Below are positions 1 to 9,750 of a stretch of DNA of 64,000 nucleotides, piece after piece. Position 1 is the first letter of the stretch. Every line of letters starts with the position of its first letter. Under the pieces are notes generated by a model. It did not search any database. It had not been told where the DNA came from and worked only from the letters and a program-made list of their open reading frames with translations. Made by a program: the position numbers and the translations under genes. This DNA comes from Candidatus Daviesbacteria bacterium RIFCSPHIGHO2_02_FULL_43_12 (GTDB lineage: Bacteria > Patescibacteriota > Microgenomatia > Daviesbacterales > UBA10151), in the NCBI GenBank assembly GCA_001776775.1, contig MFDD01000014.1, positions 3,684 to 67,683 of the forward strand. The letters run 5' to 3'.

Positions 1-995
1 CGAAGACTCATAAAAATGCCACCGGATATTTGCTCTGGGAGATTTGGGACAAAGAGACTTTCGACCTTTCTAAAGCTTTTGTCGGCTCCCAGGGTACATT
101 GGGAGTGGTCACCGAAGCCACTCTCAAGTTAGTTAAACCCCAAACACATTCCCGAATGCTGGTGATCTTCATGAAGAACTTAGATAATCTCTCGAACATT
201 GTGAACGCTATCCTGCGCTATAAACCCGAAAGCTTTGAATCATACGATGACTACACCATGAAGTTCGCCATGAAGTTTTTACCTGAAATCATCAAAGTCT
301 TTGGGCCAAAAAATCTTTTTTCTCTAGGCTTTCAGTTTTTACCGGAGATGTGGATGACTATGACCGGAGGGCTGCCTAAGCTTGTTTTGCTTGCAGAGTT
401 TACCGGCGAAAGCGATGCGGAGGCACTTGGTAAAGCCGCCGCCGCCAGGCAGGCGGTAGCCGGGTTTAAGCTTAACGACCGTATTACTCAAAACCCCGAA
501 GATGCCCGGAAGTATTGGGTTGTCAGAAGAGAGAGCTTTAATCTCTTAAGAAAACATTCTCCCCATCGCCGAACCGCTCCATTTATTGATGATATAATTG
601 TGCGTCCTGATGTCTTACCAGAGTTCCTGCCAAAACTGAGGGCATTAATGAGTGAGTACGAGTTAATTTATACCATGGCTGGACATATCGGAGACGGTAA
701 TTTTCATATCATCCCGCTAATGGATTTAACCGACCCTAAGTCTCGGGGGATTATTCAAGAACTAGGCAAAAAAGTTTATGATTTAGTCTTTGAATATGGC
801 GGGTCAATGAGCGCAGAGCATAATGACGGGTTAGTCCGGGGGCCGTATTTAGAAACCATGTATGGCAAAGAGGTCTATGGATTATTTAAACAGTTAAAAA
901 ATATTTTTGATCCCACAAATATCTTTAATCCTCACAAAAAAACCGATGCTACTTTTGAGTATTCCTTAGATCACATCGCCAAAGACTCTAGTTAA
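1..995 (+). CDS. FAD-linked oxidase (GlcD / D-lactate dehydrogenase family), C-terminal part; 5' end lies upstream of window
   Basis: ORF 30..995 stays open in frame back to base 3, so the gene is 5'-truncated. GSQGTLGVVTEATLKL is typical of the end of a PCMH-type FAD-binding domain followed by an FAD-oxidase C-terminal domain. Confidence 0.55.
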   Translation, partial: KTHKNATGYLLWEIWDKETFDLSKAFVGSQGTLGVVTEATLKLVKPQTHSRMLVIFMKNLDNLSNIVNAILRYKPESFESYDDYTMKFAMKFLPEIIKVFGPKNLFSLGFQFLPEMWMTMTGGLPKLVLLAEFTGESDAEALGKAAAARQAVAGFKLNDRITQNPEDARKYWVVRRESFNLLRKHSPHRRTAPFIDDIIVRPDVLPEFLPKLRALMSEYELIYTMAGHIGDGNFHIIPLMDLTDPKSRGIIQELGKKVYDLVFEYGGSMSAEHNDGLVRGPYLETMYGKEVYGLFKQLKNIFDPTNIFNPHKKTDATFEYSLDHIAKDSS

Positions 996-1809
996 ATACT
1001 TCACAAATTGTCCTAAATCGATAGGGGAGGGTTTCTTGCAAAAATTTATGCCTAGCCTCTCCCTCTAAGCTCCCAACTTCTTGCCAAACTGCCCTTCCTG
1101 CCAAAAACCCCCTGCAGCCTACACTAGCCGCCTCTCTCAACTGTTCGACAAACGTTTCGAAGGAAGCGCCCTTGGTTAAAATGATCCAGGGAGTATCTCC
1201 TACCATTTGGGTGATTTTGCTACATGCCTCTTTACTACCTGGATATTCCAATTTCCAAACATGGGGCTTAATGCCACTATCTAAAAACATCTTTACTGAA
1301 TCTAAGACTAAGCTAGTGAGGTCTCTCCCCAGCTTATCTCCTGTATCTGGCTTATAAGCTCTAATCTCTAAAAATAATGGGAAATTTTTCTTTTGACATT
1401 CTTGTAAAACCCGCTTGGCAGTATGCAGCTGGATCTTGGCGGTTAGTACATGTGGATTAAAATAGAGTAGTATCTTTGCTCCCTGAGCGCCGTCAGACTT
1501 TAAATCATCGACACTAAATTCTATCTCGGTAATTCGTTCTCCCAACTTCTCGGTATAACCCGACTCCTCTACCGGAAGTAAAAATGGTTTTGTCCTGTTT
1601 ACATAAGCGGGAAGTCCAATTGTTTGGTCAATGAGCAGAGCGCTGAATTGATCTTGGACACTGGCAATAACCTCTCTCTTTAGGGCAACTGCTTGTTGGT
1701 CGCTAACTTGATCCGGATTCTGGGGATTCATTAGTTTCTTAAAACTACCCCTGTGGTCAAAGGCCAGCATTAAGAAATTGCCGTTTTTAGTAAATTGAGC
1801 AAGATCCAT
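988..1809 (-). CDS. class I aldolase-like TIM-barrel protein (LacD/YihT/DUF2090-like)
   Basis: N-terminal FLMLAFDHRGSFKK resembles the LacD/YihT ALAFDQRG motif. 273 aa. Start overlaps the stop of the adjacent PfkB kinase. Confidence 0.45.
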   Translation of the reverse strand: MDLAQFTKNGNFLMLAFDHRGSFKKLMNPQNPDQVSDQQAVALKREVIASVQDQFSALLIDQTIGLPAYVNRTKPFLLPVEESGYTEKLGERITEIEFSVDDLKSDGAQGAKILLYFNPHVLTAKIQLHTAKRVLQECQKKNFPLFLEIRAYKPDTGDKLGRDLTSLVLDSVKMFLDSGIKPHVWKLEYPGSKEACSKITQMVGDTPWIILTKGASFETFVEQLREAASVGCRGFLAGRAVWQEVGSLEGEARHKFLQETLPYRFRTICEVFN

Positions 1810-2804
1810 TATTTTAGCTCCTTCGCGATGATCTCGGGGTTCTGCTTGAGTCTGCCTATCATCTCTTCGTAGGTGAGTAAACCCGTTTGGGCCCCAATCT
1901 GTTCAACCACCGCTGCTCCATTGGCTGCCCCCCAACGCATCGCCTCCGGCAAATCCTCACCATAAAATATCCCGGCCAAGGCACCTGTGGCATAAGCATC
2001 TCCAGCTCCGGTCATCTGTTTTAGTTTGGTGGGAAAAATACCTAGCTTCCAATAATCTTCGCCGTCAAATCCAAAAGAACCCTTATGTCCGTCAGTAATT
2101 ATTACCATTTTCGGTCCTAGGTCGGCGATTCCTTTGAGTAATTTTTTAGGTGCGATATCTTCCATTCGATTAAACCCTAAAATAAGTTTTGCCTCCTCCA
2201 GGTTAACAATAAACAGCGTCGTCGAGTTCAGTATTCGGGGGTATTTTTTTACCCCATGCTTAAGCTGAAAAGTACCCGGATTAAAAACCATTTTTGCACC
2301 TGTTTGATCCAAATACCTAACTAACTGTTCCATTAGAGGTGAGTCAATAAAGCTTGGTGCAAGTGAGGTCAGATAAACCCATTTCGTAGCATCGAGATTG
2401 GGTAAATTAAATTTCCAGGGTTGGTGATGGACCAAAATAGTCCGCTCACCTTTGTAATCTAAGATAATATTATGGTTAGATGGTAGGTCGTCTGTTTCTA
2501 CTACATATCTTAAATCGACTTTTTCTTTTTTTAATTTTAGTTTAATTCTGTCATCATCTTTATCGTCATCCAAGCGGCCGACATTGGTATAAATTGCTGT
2601 TTTTAGCTGCAAGCGGCTGGCACCAACTGCATTATTGGCTGCATTCCCAGCTACCATCGAAACAGATTGTCCGACCGGAACCTTGTCGCCACTACGCAGT
2701 CCCAATAAAGTTTCATGCGATGTTAAAGAAGTGACAATCTCTGCGTCAGTCAAAGGCACAAAAGTATCGATAACACAATCGCCAATAGAAATTAAGTCAA
2801 ACAT
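1809..2804 (-). CDS. PfkB-family carbohydrate kinase (ribokinase-like)
   Basis: C-terminal GAGDAYATG signature (DTxGAGD-type) and ribokinase-like length. Confidence 0.8.
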   Translation of the reverse strand: MFDLISIGDCVIDTFVPLTDAEIVTSLTSHETLLGLRSGDKVPVGQSVSMVAGNAANNAVGASRLQLKTAIYTNVGRLDDDKDDDRIKLKLKKEKVDLRYVVETDDLPSNHNIILDYKGERTILVHHQPWKFNLPNLDATKWVYLTSLAPSFIDSPLMEQLVRYLDQTGAKMVFNPGTFQLKHGVKKYPRILNSTTLFIVNLEEAKLILGFNRMEDIAPKKLLKGIADLGPKMVIITDGHKGSFGFDGEDYWKLGIFPTKLKQMTGAGDAYATGALAGIFYGEDLPEAMRWGAANGAAVVEQIGAQTGLLTYEEMIGRLKQNPEIIAKELK

Positions 2805-4029
2805 GTTTTCCTCGTTTAGGGTCGTGGACGGTAAATACTTTTAACCCCTTCCACCAGATTGAAAATACTGCTCTAACCGGTAAGATGGAAAACAAATAGT
2901 GTATCGTGATCAGCTGCTTTAACCACCAGACCAAAAGACCTGTCATTTCTAAACCAAAGACGTTGGTCAAGGCATACTTTCCACCTACTGCTACAACAAA
3001 AGACGGGTAGGGAGGACTGTATTTTTTTAAGGGCTTGCCTTTGATAGCGAGTTCAATATTCAAAGCTGCCACCTTTCCTTCGCTAATAGCCGACCAGGCC
3101 GCCGGAGGAACGGGAGTATTTTTGGTCTCGTCAATATATTCAGCCATATCCCCAACAACATAAACTTCCGGGTGACCTGCAAGGTTCAAACAAGCTGAGG
3201 TGTGGATCTGTCCTTTTTTGGTAAATTCTACTCCTTTAATCGCCCCATTCAAATTTGCAGCGAGCACCCCGGAGGTCCAAACTAAATAATCATATCCCAG
3301 CGGTTCCTTGTCTTGGCAGTAAATTTGCTTTTCGTCAATTTTGGTAATCATATTCCCTGTCCTTACTTGAACGCCTAGTTTTTCCAGCCGATGTAACGCC
3401 TCTGCCTGTGACCATTCCGGCATGCCGGTCAAGATACTTGGCAAAGCTTCTAAAAGAACTATTTCCGAGTGCGGATGTGGGAGTAAGCTCATCTCTGCAG
3501 CCAACTCTACTCCGCTAAACCCCCCTCCCGCCACCACCACCCGGGTCGGTTTGTCAGTTTGACTAAAAACTTTTTCTAGGTCTGACCGGCAACGCAAAGC
3601 ATCTTCTGTCGTTTTTAAGGGATGGGCATATTCTTTTGTGCCTTCAATTCCGAAAAAATTGGTGGTACTCCCCAAGCTGATAACTAAATAATTATAGCTT
3701 AGGCTTTTAGTTCCTGTCAGAACTGATTTTGTTTCCAGGTCAACCGAGTTAACTGAGTCAACCAGAAATGAAATATTTTTACGGGTGCCAAATATCTGCT
3801 CTAATGGTAAGTTGATAGCCGCTACCAGGGCCTCCTGACTTACCTTAGTGGCATCAAAAGAAGCCGTAGCTACTTCGTAGAGATCGGGGGAGTAGCAGTG
3901 AAAAGGAGATTGATTGATAATAGTGATCAGGGCGAAAGGAAGACGACTAGACAGGTCTAGCGCAGTACGTACCCCCCCAAAACCCGCTCCTAAAATGACA
4001 ATTTCTGGCTTTTCCATTTCTTTTATCAT
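2797..4029 (-). CDS. ndh: type II NADH dehydrogenase (NDH-2) / FAD-dependent pyridine nucleotide-disulfide oxidoreductase
   Basis: Two dinucleotide-binding motifs (IVILGAGFGG and VVVAGGGFSGVELAAE) and a hydrophobic C-terminal tail. Confidence 0.7.
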   Translation of the reverse strand: MIKEMEKPEIVILGAGFGGVRTALDLSSRLPFALITIINQSPFHCYSPDLYEVATASFDATKVSQEALVAAINLPLEQIFGTRKNISFLVDSVNSVDLETKSVLTGTKSLSYNYLVISLGSTTNFFGIEGTKEYAHPLKTTEDALRCRSDLEKVFSQTDKPTRVVVAGGGFSGVELAAEMSLLPHPHSEIVLLEALPSILTGMPEWSQAEALHRLEKLGVQVRTGNMITKIDEKQIYCQDKEPLGYDYLVWTSGVLAANLNGAIKGVEFTKKGQIHTSACLNLAGHPEVYVVGDMAEYIDETKNTPVPPAAWSAISEGKVAALNIELAIKGKPLKKYSPPYPSFVVAVGGKYALTNVFGLEMTGLLVWWLKQLITIHYLFSILPVRAVFSIWWKGLKVFTVHDPKRGKHV

Positions 4030-4047
4030 CGTATCACAATAGGAGGG

Positions 4048-5037
4048 TTAGGTCGGCTTCATGCGCAAAACCGTCGTAATCGCGTGTATAATCTCTTTGG
4101 TCGTTAATCCGAATTTTTCCAGCAGTTCCTCGGACTCTCCTGATTCTCCGAAGCGGTTAGCTATCCCCACAATCTTCATAGGTACTGGAAACTTTTGGCA
4201 GACCAACTCGGCCACCGCTCCGCCTAATCCACCGGTAACCTGGTGTTCCTCAACTGTCACGATTGCTCCACATTCATCTGTCGCTTCCAGAATGGTTTTT
4301 TCGTCTAAAGGCTTTAAGGTGTGGCAATTAATTACTCGAACAGAAATATTGTGCTCTTTCATTTGTTCGGCTGCCTGCAAGGCTTGATAGACCATTTGAC
4401 CACAGGCGATAATGGCTATATCCTTACCCTCAGCTAAAACTTCGGCTTTACCAATTTGAAAAGGAGTTTGTTCGGTGGAAATGACCGGAGTTTTATCTCG
4501 AGAAAGCCTGAGATAGCTAGGTTGTTTAGTGGCGGCAATAGCCATCGTTGCTTTTTTCGCTTCAATTGAATCCATCGGCACTATCACTACCATATTCGGC
4601 AGAGCCCGCATTAAAGCAATATCTTCTAGGGCCTGATGAGTAGCTCCGTCCGGACCAACAGAGATTCCAGCATGAGAACCAATGATTTTAACCGGCTGGT
4701 CGTTATAACAGATAGTCGTCCTAATTTGTTCCCAGTTTCGTCCAGGAGAGAAGGTCGCATACGAAGCACAAAAGGGGATCTTCCCGGCTGCCGCCAACCC
4801 AGAGGCGACTGTTACTAAGTTTTGTTCCGCCACACCTACTTCAATAAAACGCTCTGGGAATTTGTCTCTAAAGCTTTGCATACGGGTAGATTCGGTGAGG
4901 TCGGCACAAAGAGCGACAACATTGGGACTGCTCTCCCCTGCCAAGACTAACCCCTCTCCAAAGCCATCGCGGGTAGGTACCTTTTCGATATCTTGGTCAA
5001 ATAATTTTGGATTTAAATGAGCTTGTTGATTAATCAT
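4048..5037 (-). CDS. tkt: transketolase, C-terminal (pyrimidine-binding) subunit
   Basis: Matches the Pyr-binding and C-terminal domains of split transketolase. Start overlaps the stop of the N-terminal subunit gene. Confidence 0.85.
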   Translation of the reverse strand: MINQQAHLNPKLFDQDIEKVPTRDGFGEGLVLAGESSPNVVALCADLTESTRMQSFRDKFPERFIEVGVAEQNLVTVASGLAAAGKIPFCASYATFSPGRNWEQIRTTICYNDQPVKIIGSHAGISVGPDGATHQALEDIALMRALPNMVVIVPMDSIEAKKATMAIAATKQPSYLRLSRDKTPVISTEQTPFQIGKAEVLAEGKDIAIIACGQMVYQALQAAEQMKEHNISVRVINCHTLKPLDEKTILEATDECGAIVTVEEHQVTGGLGGAVAELVCQKFPVPMKIVGIANRFGESGESEELLEKFGLTTKEIIHAITTVLRMKPT

Positions 5038-5888
5038 TCATGCTCCGATCTGATCTTTCCTGCCAAAGTTCGTAGCTTGTGCAAGGCTATTTTAGCTTCT
5101 TTAGCGTTGGGGGGTTTACCGTGCCATTCAAACTTGTTTTCCATAAAGTCTACTCCCTTACCCGGGATGGTATGAGCAATAATCATGGTTGGTTTCTCAA
5201 AGATAACCTTAGCCCGCTCTACTCCGTCGATAATCTCCTGCATATTATGACCATTGATTTCGATGACGGTCCAGCCAAAGGCCTCGTATTTTGCCCTAAT
5301 GTTTTCTAAAGGCATGATCTCCTCGGTAAATCCATCAATCTGGATATTATTACGATCCATAATCGCAGTCAGATTATGCAGTTTGTACTTTCCCGCCAAC
5401 ATCACGGCTTCCCAGGTATTTCCTTCATCATGCTCACCATCAGACATTAAGCAATAGGTATGCCAGGAGGCCTGATCCATTCGGGCGGCCAGTGCCATAC
5501 CACTTGCCTGAGACAACCCAGAACCAAGCGGTCCGGAAGTAGTTTCAAGCCCTGGCAGCGACTCACGGTGGGGGTGTCCCTGCAACCTGGTACCTAGCTT
5601 GCGTAAGGTACTCAACTCGTCAACCGGAAAAAAACCACGGTGGGCCAAGGTTGCATATAAAACTGGACAGATATGTCCATTGGATAAAACCAATCTATCC
5701 CGATCTGGTTTTTGGGGATTATTGGGATCAATCTTTAGGATATGAAAGTACAAAGCGGTGAAGATATCCGCCATCCCCAAAGGACCAGCCGAGTGACCTG
5801 ATCCAGCTGCCAGCAACATTTTAATAACACTTTGACGGATTTGAGTTGCCTTTAGTTCGAGATCAATAAACTCCTGGGCAGTTAGCAT
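5034..5888 (-). CDS. tkt: transketolase, N-terminal (TPP-binding) subunit
   Basis: Contains a GDGE-type ThDP-binding motif region (MSDGEHDEG) and the HP..HPHRE motif of the transketolase N-terminal domain. Confidence 0.85.
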   Translation of the reverse strand: MLTAQEFIDLELKATQIRQSVIKMLLAAGSGHSAGPLGMADIFTALYFHILKIDPNNPQKPDRDRLVLSNGHICPVLYATLAHRGFFPVDELSTLRKLGTRLQGHPHRESLPGLETTSGPLGSGLSQASGMALAARMDQASWHTYCLMSDGEHDEGNTWEAVMLAGKYKLHNLTAIMDRNNIQIDGFTEEIMPLENIRAKYEAFGWTVIEINGHNMQEIIDGVERAKVIFEKPTMIIAHTIPGKGVDFMENKFEWHGKPPNAKEAKIALHKLRTLAGKIRSEHE

Positions 5889-5900
5889 ATATTAAGTGTA

Positions 5901-6593
5901 TCAAGTTTTGGTATGAATAACCTCTGGTTTAGTAGAATCAGATTCTCTGGTTGGCTCAATATTCGCGCTTTTTCCGGCTGCTAATTCTTGCTTAAACTGT
6001 TCAATAGCCTCAAGAACTTGGTCGGCGGAGCTGACAATTTTAAAGACTTTTAACTCCTCCGGCCGGAGCAGCATATTCTTGCGGAAAGCATCAGTAATTT
6101 CATGCCAGAAATCGCCATATAAAATAAGCGGCTTATGGTGACCAAAATAAAGACGCGCCAACCCCCAGGCCATGCCAAATTCCGAGATCGTGCCCGTCCC
6201 TCCATTGAAAACCACATATACCTGTCCTTGCTCCATAAGAGTCAAGGTTCGTTCGATATAAGTTGTTGTCTTGATCTCTTTGTCAAAAATATTTTTCGGA
6301 TCTCGACCCTCAAAATGGGTCATGTCTCTGGGATGAAGAGTTACCGCAAGCACCTCGCCCCCACCCTGTTTGGCCCCGACGGTAGCAGCTCTCATCACTC
6401 CTGGCCCTCCGCCATCCACCACTACATAACCGGCCTCGGCTAGTCTTTTACTAACCGCAACGACGCTTTCATAAAGCTCACCATCTTCCGGAGCATCAGC
6501 ATAACCAAAGATTGCTACTTGTTTGATAGTTACAGTTTCCGGAAGTTTATTAGGCCGAAAGAGTTCTGCGAATTTTTTTAAAATTTTCATCAA
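5901..6593 (-). CDS. LOG family protein (TIGR00730 Rossmann-fold nucleotide-binding / cytokinin riboside 5'-monophosphate phosphoribohydrolase-like)
   Basis: Contains GGGPGVMRA...GGTGTISEF motifs. Confidence 0.75.
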   Translation of the reverse strand: MMKILKKFAELFRPNKLPETVTIKQVAIFGYADAPEDGELYESVVAVSKRLAEAGYVVVDGGGPGVMRAATVGAKQGGGEVLAVTLHPRDMTHFEGRDPKNIFDKEIKTTTYIERTLTLMEQGQVYVVFNGGTGTISEFGMAWGLARLYFGHHKPLILYGDFWHEITDAFRKNMLLRPEELKVFKIVSSADQVLEAIEQFKQELAAGKSANIEPTRESDSTKPEVIHTKT

Positions 6594-7191
6594 AATCTCC
6601 TTTCAACAATCCTGAACCTATGGCTAAGTAATCCACCCCAGCTTCTTGAAGAGCTTTGCTATTCTTCGAGTTGACCCCTCCGTCATCTCCTACTTGAATA
6701 TTCCACCGTTTTTTGATCTGGCGAATTTTCTCCAAAGCAGCTACTGAAAATTCCCTACCCTGCGCACCTGGCTCAGCAGACATCACTAGCACACTATCTA
6801 TTATGTCCATAAAAGGAGCCAGAGATTCAATAGGTGTTCCTAAGTTCAGAGACAACCCTACTTGTATATGCATGGCCTTGGTTTTTTGAATAAATTGACT
6901 TATCTGTCCCTCTCCAACCTCGACTGGCGCGACAATACGGTGAACCGGAATCTTTGATAGTTTTTCTACCCAGCTGGCCGGGTCTGCTACTAATAATTGA
7001 ATCTCCTTTTTAAAGACGTTAGGATACTTGATTAGTATATCGGGGTCGATACTTTTATTGGAAACGAACTTTCCATCCATCAAATCGATTTGGATCCAAT
7101 CTCCGTCAAAAAGCTTACTTTGTATAACTTTGGTAATCTGTTCTTGGTAAATTTCTTCTGAGGTAGCAAGTATTGCGGGAAGAATTTGCAT
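6550..7191 (-). CDS. rpe: ribulose-phosphate 3-epimerase
   Basis: IQIDLMDGKFV, VLVMSAEPGAQGREF and VGDDGG match the Rpe motifs (HxDVMDGHFVPN, VLVMSVNPGFGGQ, VDGG). Confidence 0.7.
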   Translation of the reverse strand: MQILPAILATSEEIYQEQITKVIQSKLFDGDWIQIDLMDGKFVSNKSIDPDILIKYPNVFKKEIQLLVADPASWVEKLSKIPVHRIVAPVEVGEGQISQFIQKTKAMHIQVGLSLNLGTPIESLAPFMDIIDSVLVMSAEPGAQGREFSVAALEKIRQIKKRWNIQVGDDGGVNSKNSKALQEAGVDYLAIGSGLLKGDFDENFKKIRRTLSA

Positions 7192-7193
7192 AA

Positions 7194-7691
7194 TTAACGC
7201 TTTTCTATATCAGATATTTTTTGAATCCTTCGAACGTGTCTCTCTGCATTATTAAAAGAGGTTGCCAGCCATAGCTTAACAGCTTGCTTGGCCTCTTCGC
7301 TGCTGACGAAACGAGCACCAATGGATAAAATATTGGCATCGTTATGCTCCCGAGATAGTCGGACAATCTCAAGCGGATCACTACTTTCCCTGCCCCCAAT
7401 TTCCGGTGACTCCAGTGGAGCCTTTTCACCATAAAAGACAGCTGCCCTAACATGAGCAAATTTATTAGCCACAATTGCCTCGCCTTGACCCGATCCTCCA
7501 AAAATAATCCCTCTGGCGGATGGATCACGCGAGACTGCCTCAGCGGCTTTACTAATGAAATCGGGAAAGTCATCGTCAGCTTCGAACTGGGTTGCCCCGC
7601 AATCGGTGGTAGCAATTTCCCGTTCCTCCAGCCAGTTTTTTATTTGGTCTTTGAGCGCTAGCCCGGCGTGATCGGAAGCGAGATAAATCAT
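7194..7691 (-). CDS. rpiB: ribose-5-phosphate isomerase B
   Basis: N-terminal MIYLASDHAGLALK is typical of the RpiB/LacAB family. 165 aa. Confidence 0.85.
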   Translation of the reverse strand: MIYLASDHAGLALKDQIKNWLEEREIATTDCGATQFEADDDFPDFISKAAEAVSRDPSARGIIFGGSGQGEAIVANKFAHVRAAVFYGEKAPLESPEIGGRESSDPLEIVRLSREHNDANILSIGARFVSSEEAKQAVKLWLATSFNNAERHVRRIQKISDIEKR

Positions 7692-7759
7692 ATTTGTACT
7701 GTATCATGGATCAGGGGTCAGGAGTCAAGCTTGATACACTTGAATATACTTTTATCCAA

Positions 7760-7875
7760 TTGACGACTAAATCAGTTTACTGATATAAAAGAGAGGCTTA
7801 AATTTCCGTTGGGATAAAGCACTACTTACTGCAAGGTGAGTTTACAAGAAACCCCGATACGTTCGGGGTTTTTTG
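7760..7875 (+). promoter_or_regulatory. tgt leader: sigma70-like promoter plus short transcript ending in an intrinsic terminator 12 nt before the tgt ATG
   Basis: Promoter TTGACG(7760-7765)-17-ATATAA(7783-7788). Hairpin AACCCCGatacgtTCGGGGTT (7850-7870) followed by TTTT. No leader ORF found. Confidence 0.45.
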
Positions 7876-7885
7876 TTTACAAATT

Positions 7886-8944
7886 ATGCTAAAAACCTTA
7901 AAGACCAATCATGGAGATATTTCACTCCCAACTTTTTTTCCGGACGCTACTCGAGGTGTGGTCAAAGGAGGACTGGATACCGTTGACCTGAGCAATACTA
8001 AGGTCGAAGGGATTGTGATTAATACCTTACATCTTCGTGGTGCCATCAGGGAGCAATTTAATTGTCACCTCTTAATGAATTGGACTAAACCGATCATTAC
8101 GGACTCGGGTGGGTTTCAGGTCATGTCCCTTATTCATCATCACCCTAAGTTAGGCAAGCTGACCGATAATGAGGCAATTTTTATTGATGCAAGCGGGCAG
8201 AAAATAATCTTTACTCCGGAAGCTTCCATCCAGCTTCAGCTTAAATTAGGAGCCGATATTCTAATTTGCCTGGATGACTGTACCGACCCTGAATCTCCCT
8301 TAAGTCTGCAAGAAAAATCAGTTGAGCGGACAATTAACTGGGCCAGGCGATGCAAAATAGAGTTCGATAAACTTACTAGTCAAAAAAATGCCCGACCTCT
8401 TCTCTTTGCCGTTGTCCAGGGAGGAAAAGATCGGTCACTTCGGAAAAAATGTGCTCGGGCTTTAGTTGAGCTGAATTTTGATGGATATTGCTTTGGTGGC
8501 AGACCGCTGGATGGAGAAAATAAGTTTCTTAAAAGTATTCTCCAATTCACGGCCTCTTTATTACCAAATGACAAACCAAAATATGCCATGGGAGTTGGTA
8601 CTCCTCAGAATATCGTCGACTGTTTTAAAATGGGCTATAACATGTTTGACTGTGTTATCCCTACTCGGGAAGCCCGGCATAAGAAGCTCTATATCTTTAA
8701 CAAACCGCTAGAGCAAATAGATATCCTAAACCAAGAGTTTTATAGCTCGATCTATCTGCAACAAAGTCGCTTTCGAGATAATCTGCAGCCTATTTCACCC
8801 TTTTGCGACTGTTTAACTTGCCAAAATTATTCACTCGGTTATCTATATCATCTCTTTAAAATTAAGGATATCTTAGCCCTCCGACTCGCGAGTATTCATA
8901 ACCTACGTTTTTATACTATGCTGATGGAGAAACTCACCAGGTAA
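7886..8944 (+). CDS. tgt: queuine tRNA-ribosyltransferase (tRNA-guanine transglycosylase)
   Basis: Contains the LPTFFPDAT and ITDSGGFQVMSL motifs and the zinc site CDCLTCQNYSLGYLYHL. Confidence 0.85.
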   Translation: MLKTLKTNHGDISLPTFFPDATRGVVKGGLDTVDLSNTKVEGIVINTLHLRGAIREQFNCHLLMNWTKPIITDSGGFQVMSLIHHHPKLGKLTDNEAIFIDASGQKIIFTPEASIQLQLKLGADILICLDDCTDPESPLSLQEKSVERTINWARRCKIEFDKLTSQKNARPLLFAVVQGGKDRSLRKKCARALVELNFDGYCFGGRPLDGENKFLKSILQFTASLLPNDKPKYAMGVGTPQNIVDCFKMGYNMFDCVIPTREARHKKLYIFNKPLEQIDILNQEFYSSIYLQQSRFRDNLQPISPFCDCLTCQNYSLGYLYHLFKIKDILALRLASIHNLRFYTMLMEKLTR

Positions 8945-9033
8945 TAGATGAGTAATTTTATGTAAGAATTATGTAAACTTACTTGCAGAAATGTTAGAAC
9001 TAGTGTTATATTGTGTAAGCCAAGCGAAGCAAG

Positions 9034-9705
9034 ATGGTTAATACAATATTAATAGTCGAAGACGACTCGGGTCTGCAAAAATATTTAAAAGAGCTGCTTC
9101 TGGACAATGGGTATTCTACTCAAGTGGCCTCCGATGGTATTCAAGCACTTAACTCTATTGAAAAATTAGCTCCTGATTTAATCTTGCTGGATTTAGGTTT
9201 ACCCAACATGAGCGGTGAGGCTGTTTGTGCAGAACTACGCAAAAAACATTCTGAGCTACCAATTATTATTCTGACAGCCAAAGATACTACCTCAGATATT
9301 GTCCAAGGTCTAAACCTGGGAGCTGATGATTATATGACCAAACCCTTTGTCGCCGATGAGCTTTTAGCGCGCATTAAAGTCCGTTTACGAAGCAAAAATG
9401 GAACTGATCACAAGCTTCAAGTTGATGATTTAGAGTTGGATAATAATACCCTCGAAGTCCATCGTGCCAATAAACATATTCAACTAACCCCTCAGGAATT
9501 CAAACTTTTACAGTACTTAATGAGCAACAAAGGCCGCATCTTGACCCGAGAAATGATCCTCAACCGGGTCTGGCTATATTCTCCTGATATTGAAACTAGG
9601 GTGGTCGATGTCTATATGGGCTATTTACGCAAAAAAATAGATGCCGATCTCGAGAAAAAATTAATCCACTCAGTGCGTGGTTTTGGTTATATGATCAAAG
9701 ACTAG
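9034..9705 (+). CDS. OmpR-family two-component response regulator
   Basis: Receiver domain (IVEDD, LILLDLGLP) followed by a winged-helix trans_reg_C domain (LTPQEFKLLQYL...ILTREMIL). Confidence 0.85.
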   Translation: MVNTILIVEDDSGLQKYLKELLLDNGYSTQVASDGIQALNSIEKLAPDLILLDLGLPNMSGEAVCAELRKKHSELPIIILTAKDTTSDIVQGLNLGADDYMTKPFVADELLARIKVRLRSKNGTDHKLQVDDLELDNNTLEVHRANKHIQLTPQEFKLLQYLMSNKGRILTREMILNRVWLYSPDIETRVVDVYMGYLRKKIDADLEKKLIHSVRGFGYMIKD

Positions 9706-9750
9706 TCTCTTTTACTTGATATTATAGGATACCTCAGGTAAAATCCCTCT

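Noticed and set aside
6550-6593. 44-nt overlap between LOG start and rpe stop as evidence of a mis-called gene
   Set aside because: No alternative in-frame start exists for LOG downstream. Short overlaps are common in this compact operon, so both calls were kept.
7205-7615. 136-aa minus-strand ORF in an alternative frame within rpiB
   Set aside because: Overlaps the confidently identified RpiB reading frame and has no homology features.
7790-7875. preQ1-I riboswitch upstream of tgt
   Set aside because: AGAGG is present but no complementary CCUCU 3' strand, and no A-rich pseudoknot tail in the right register.
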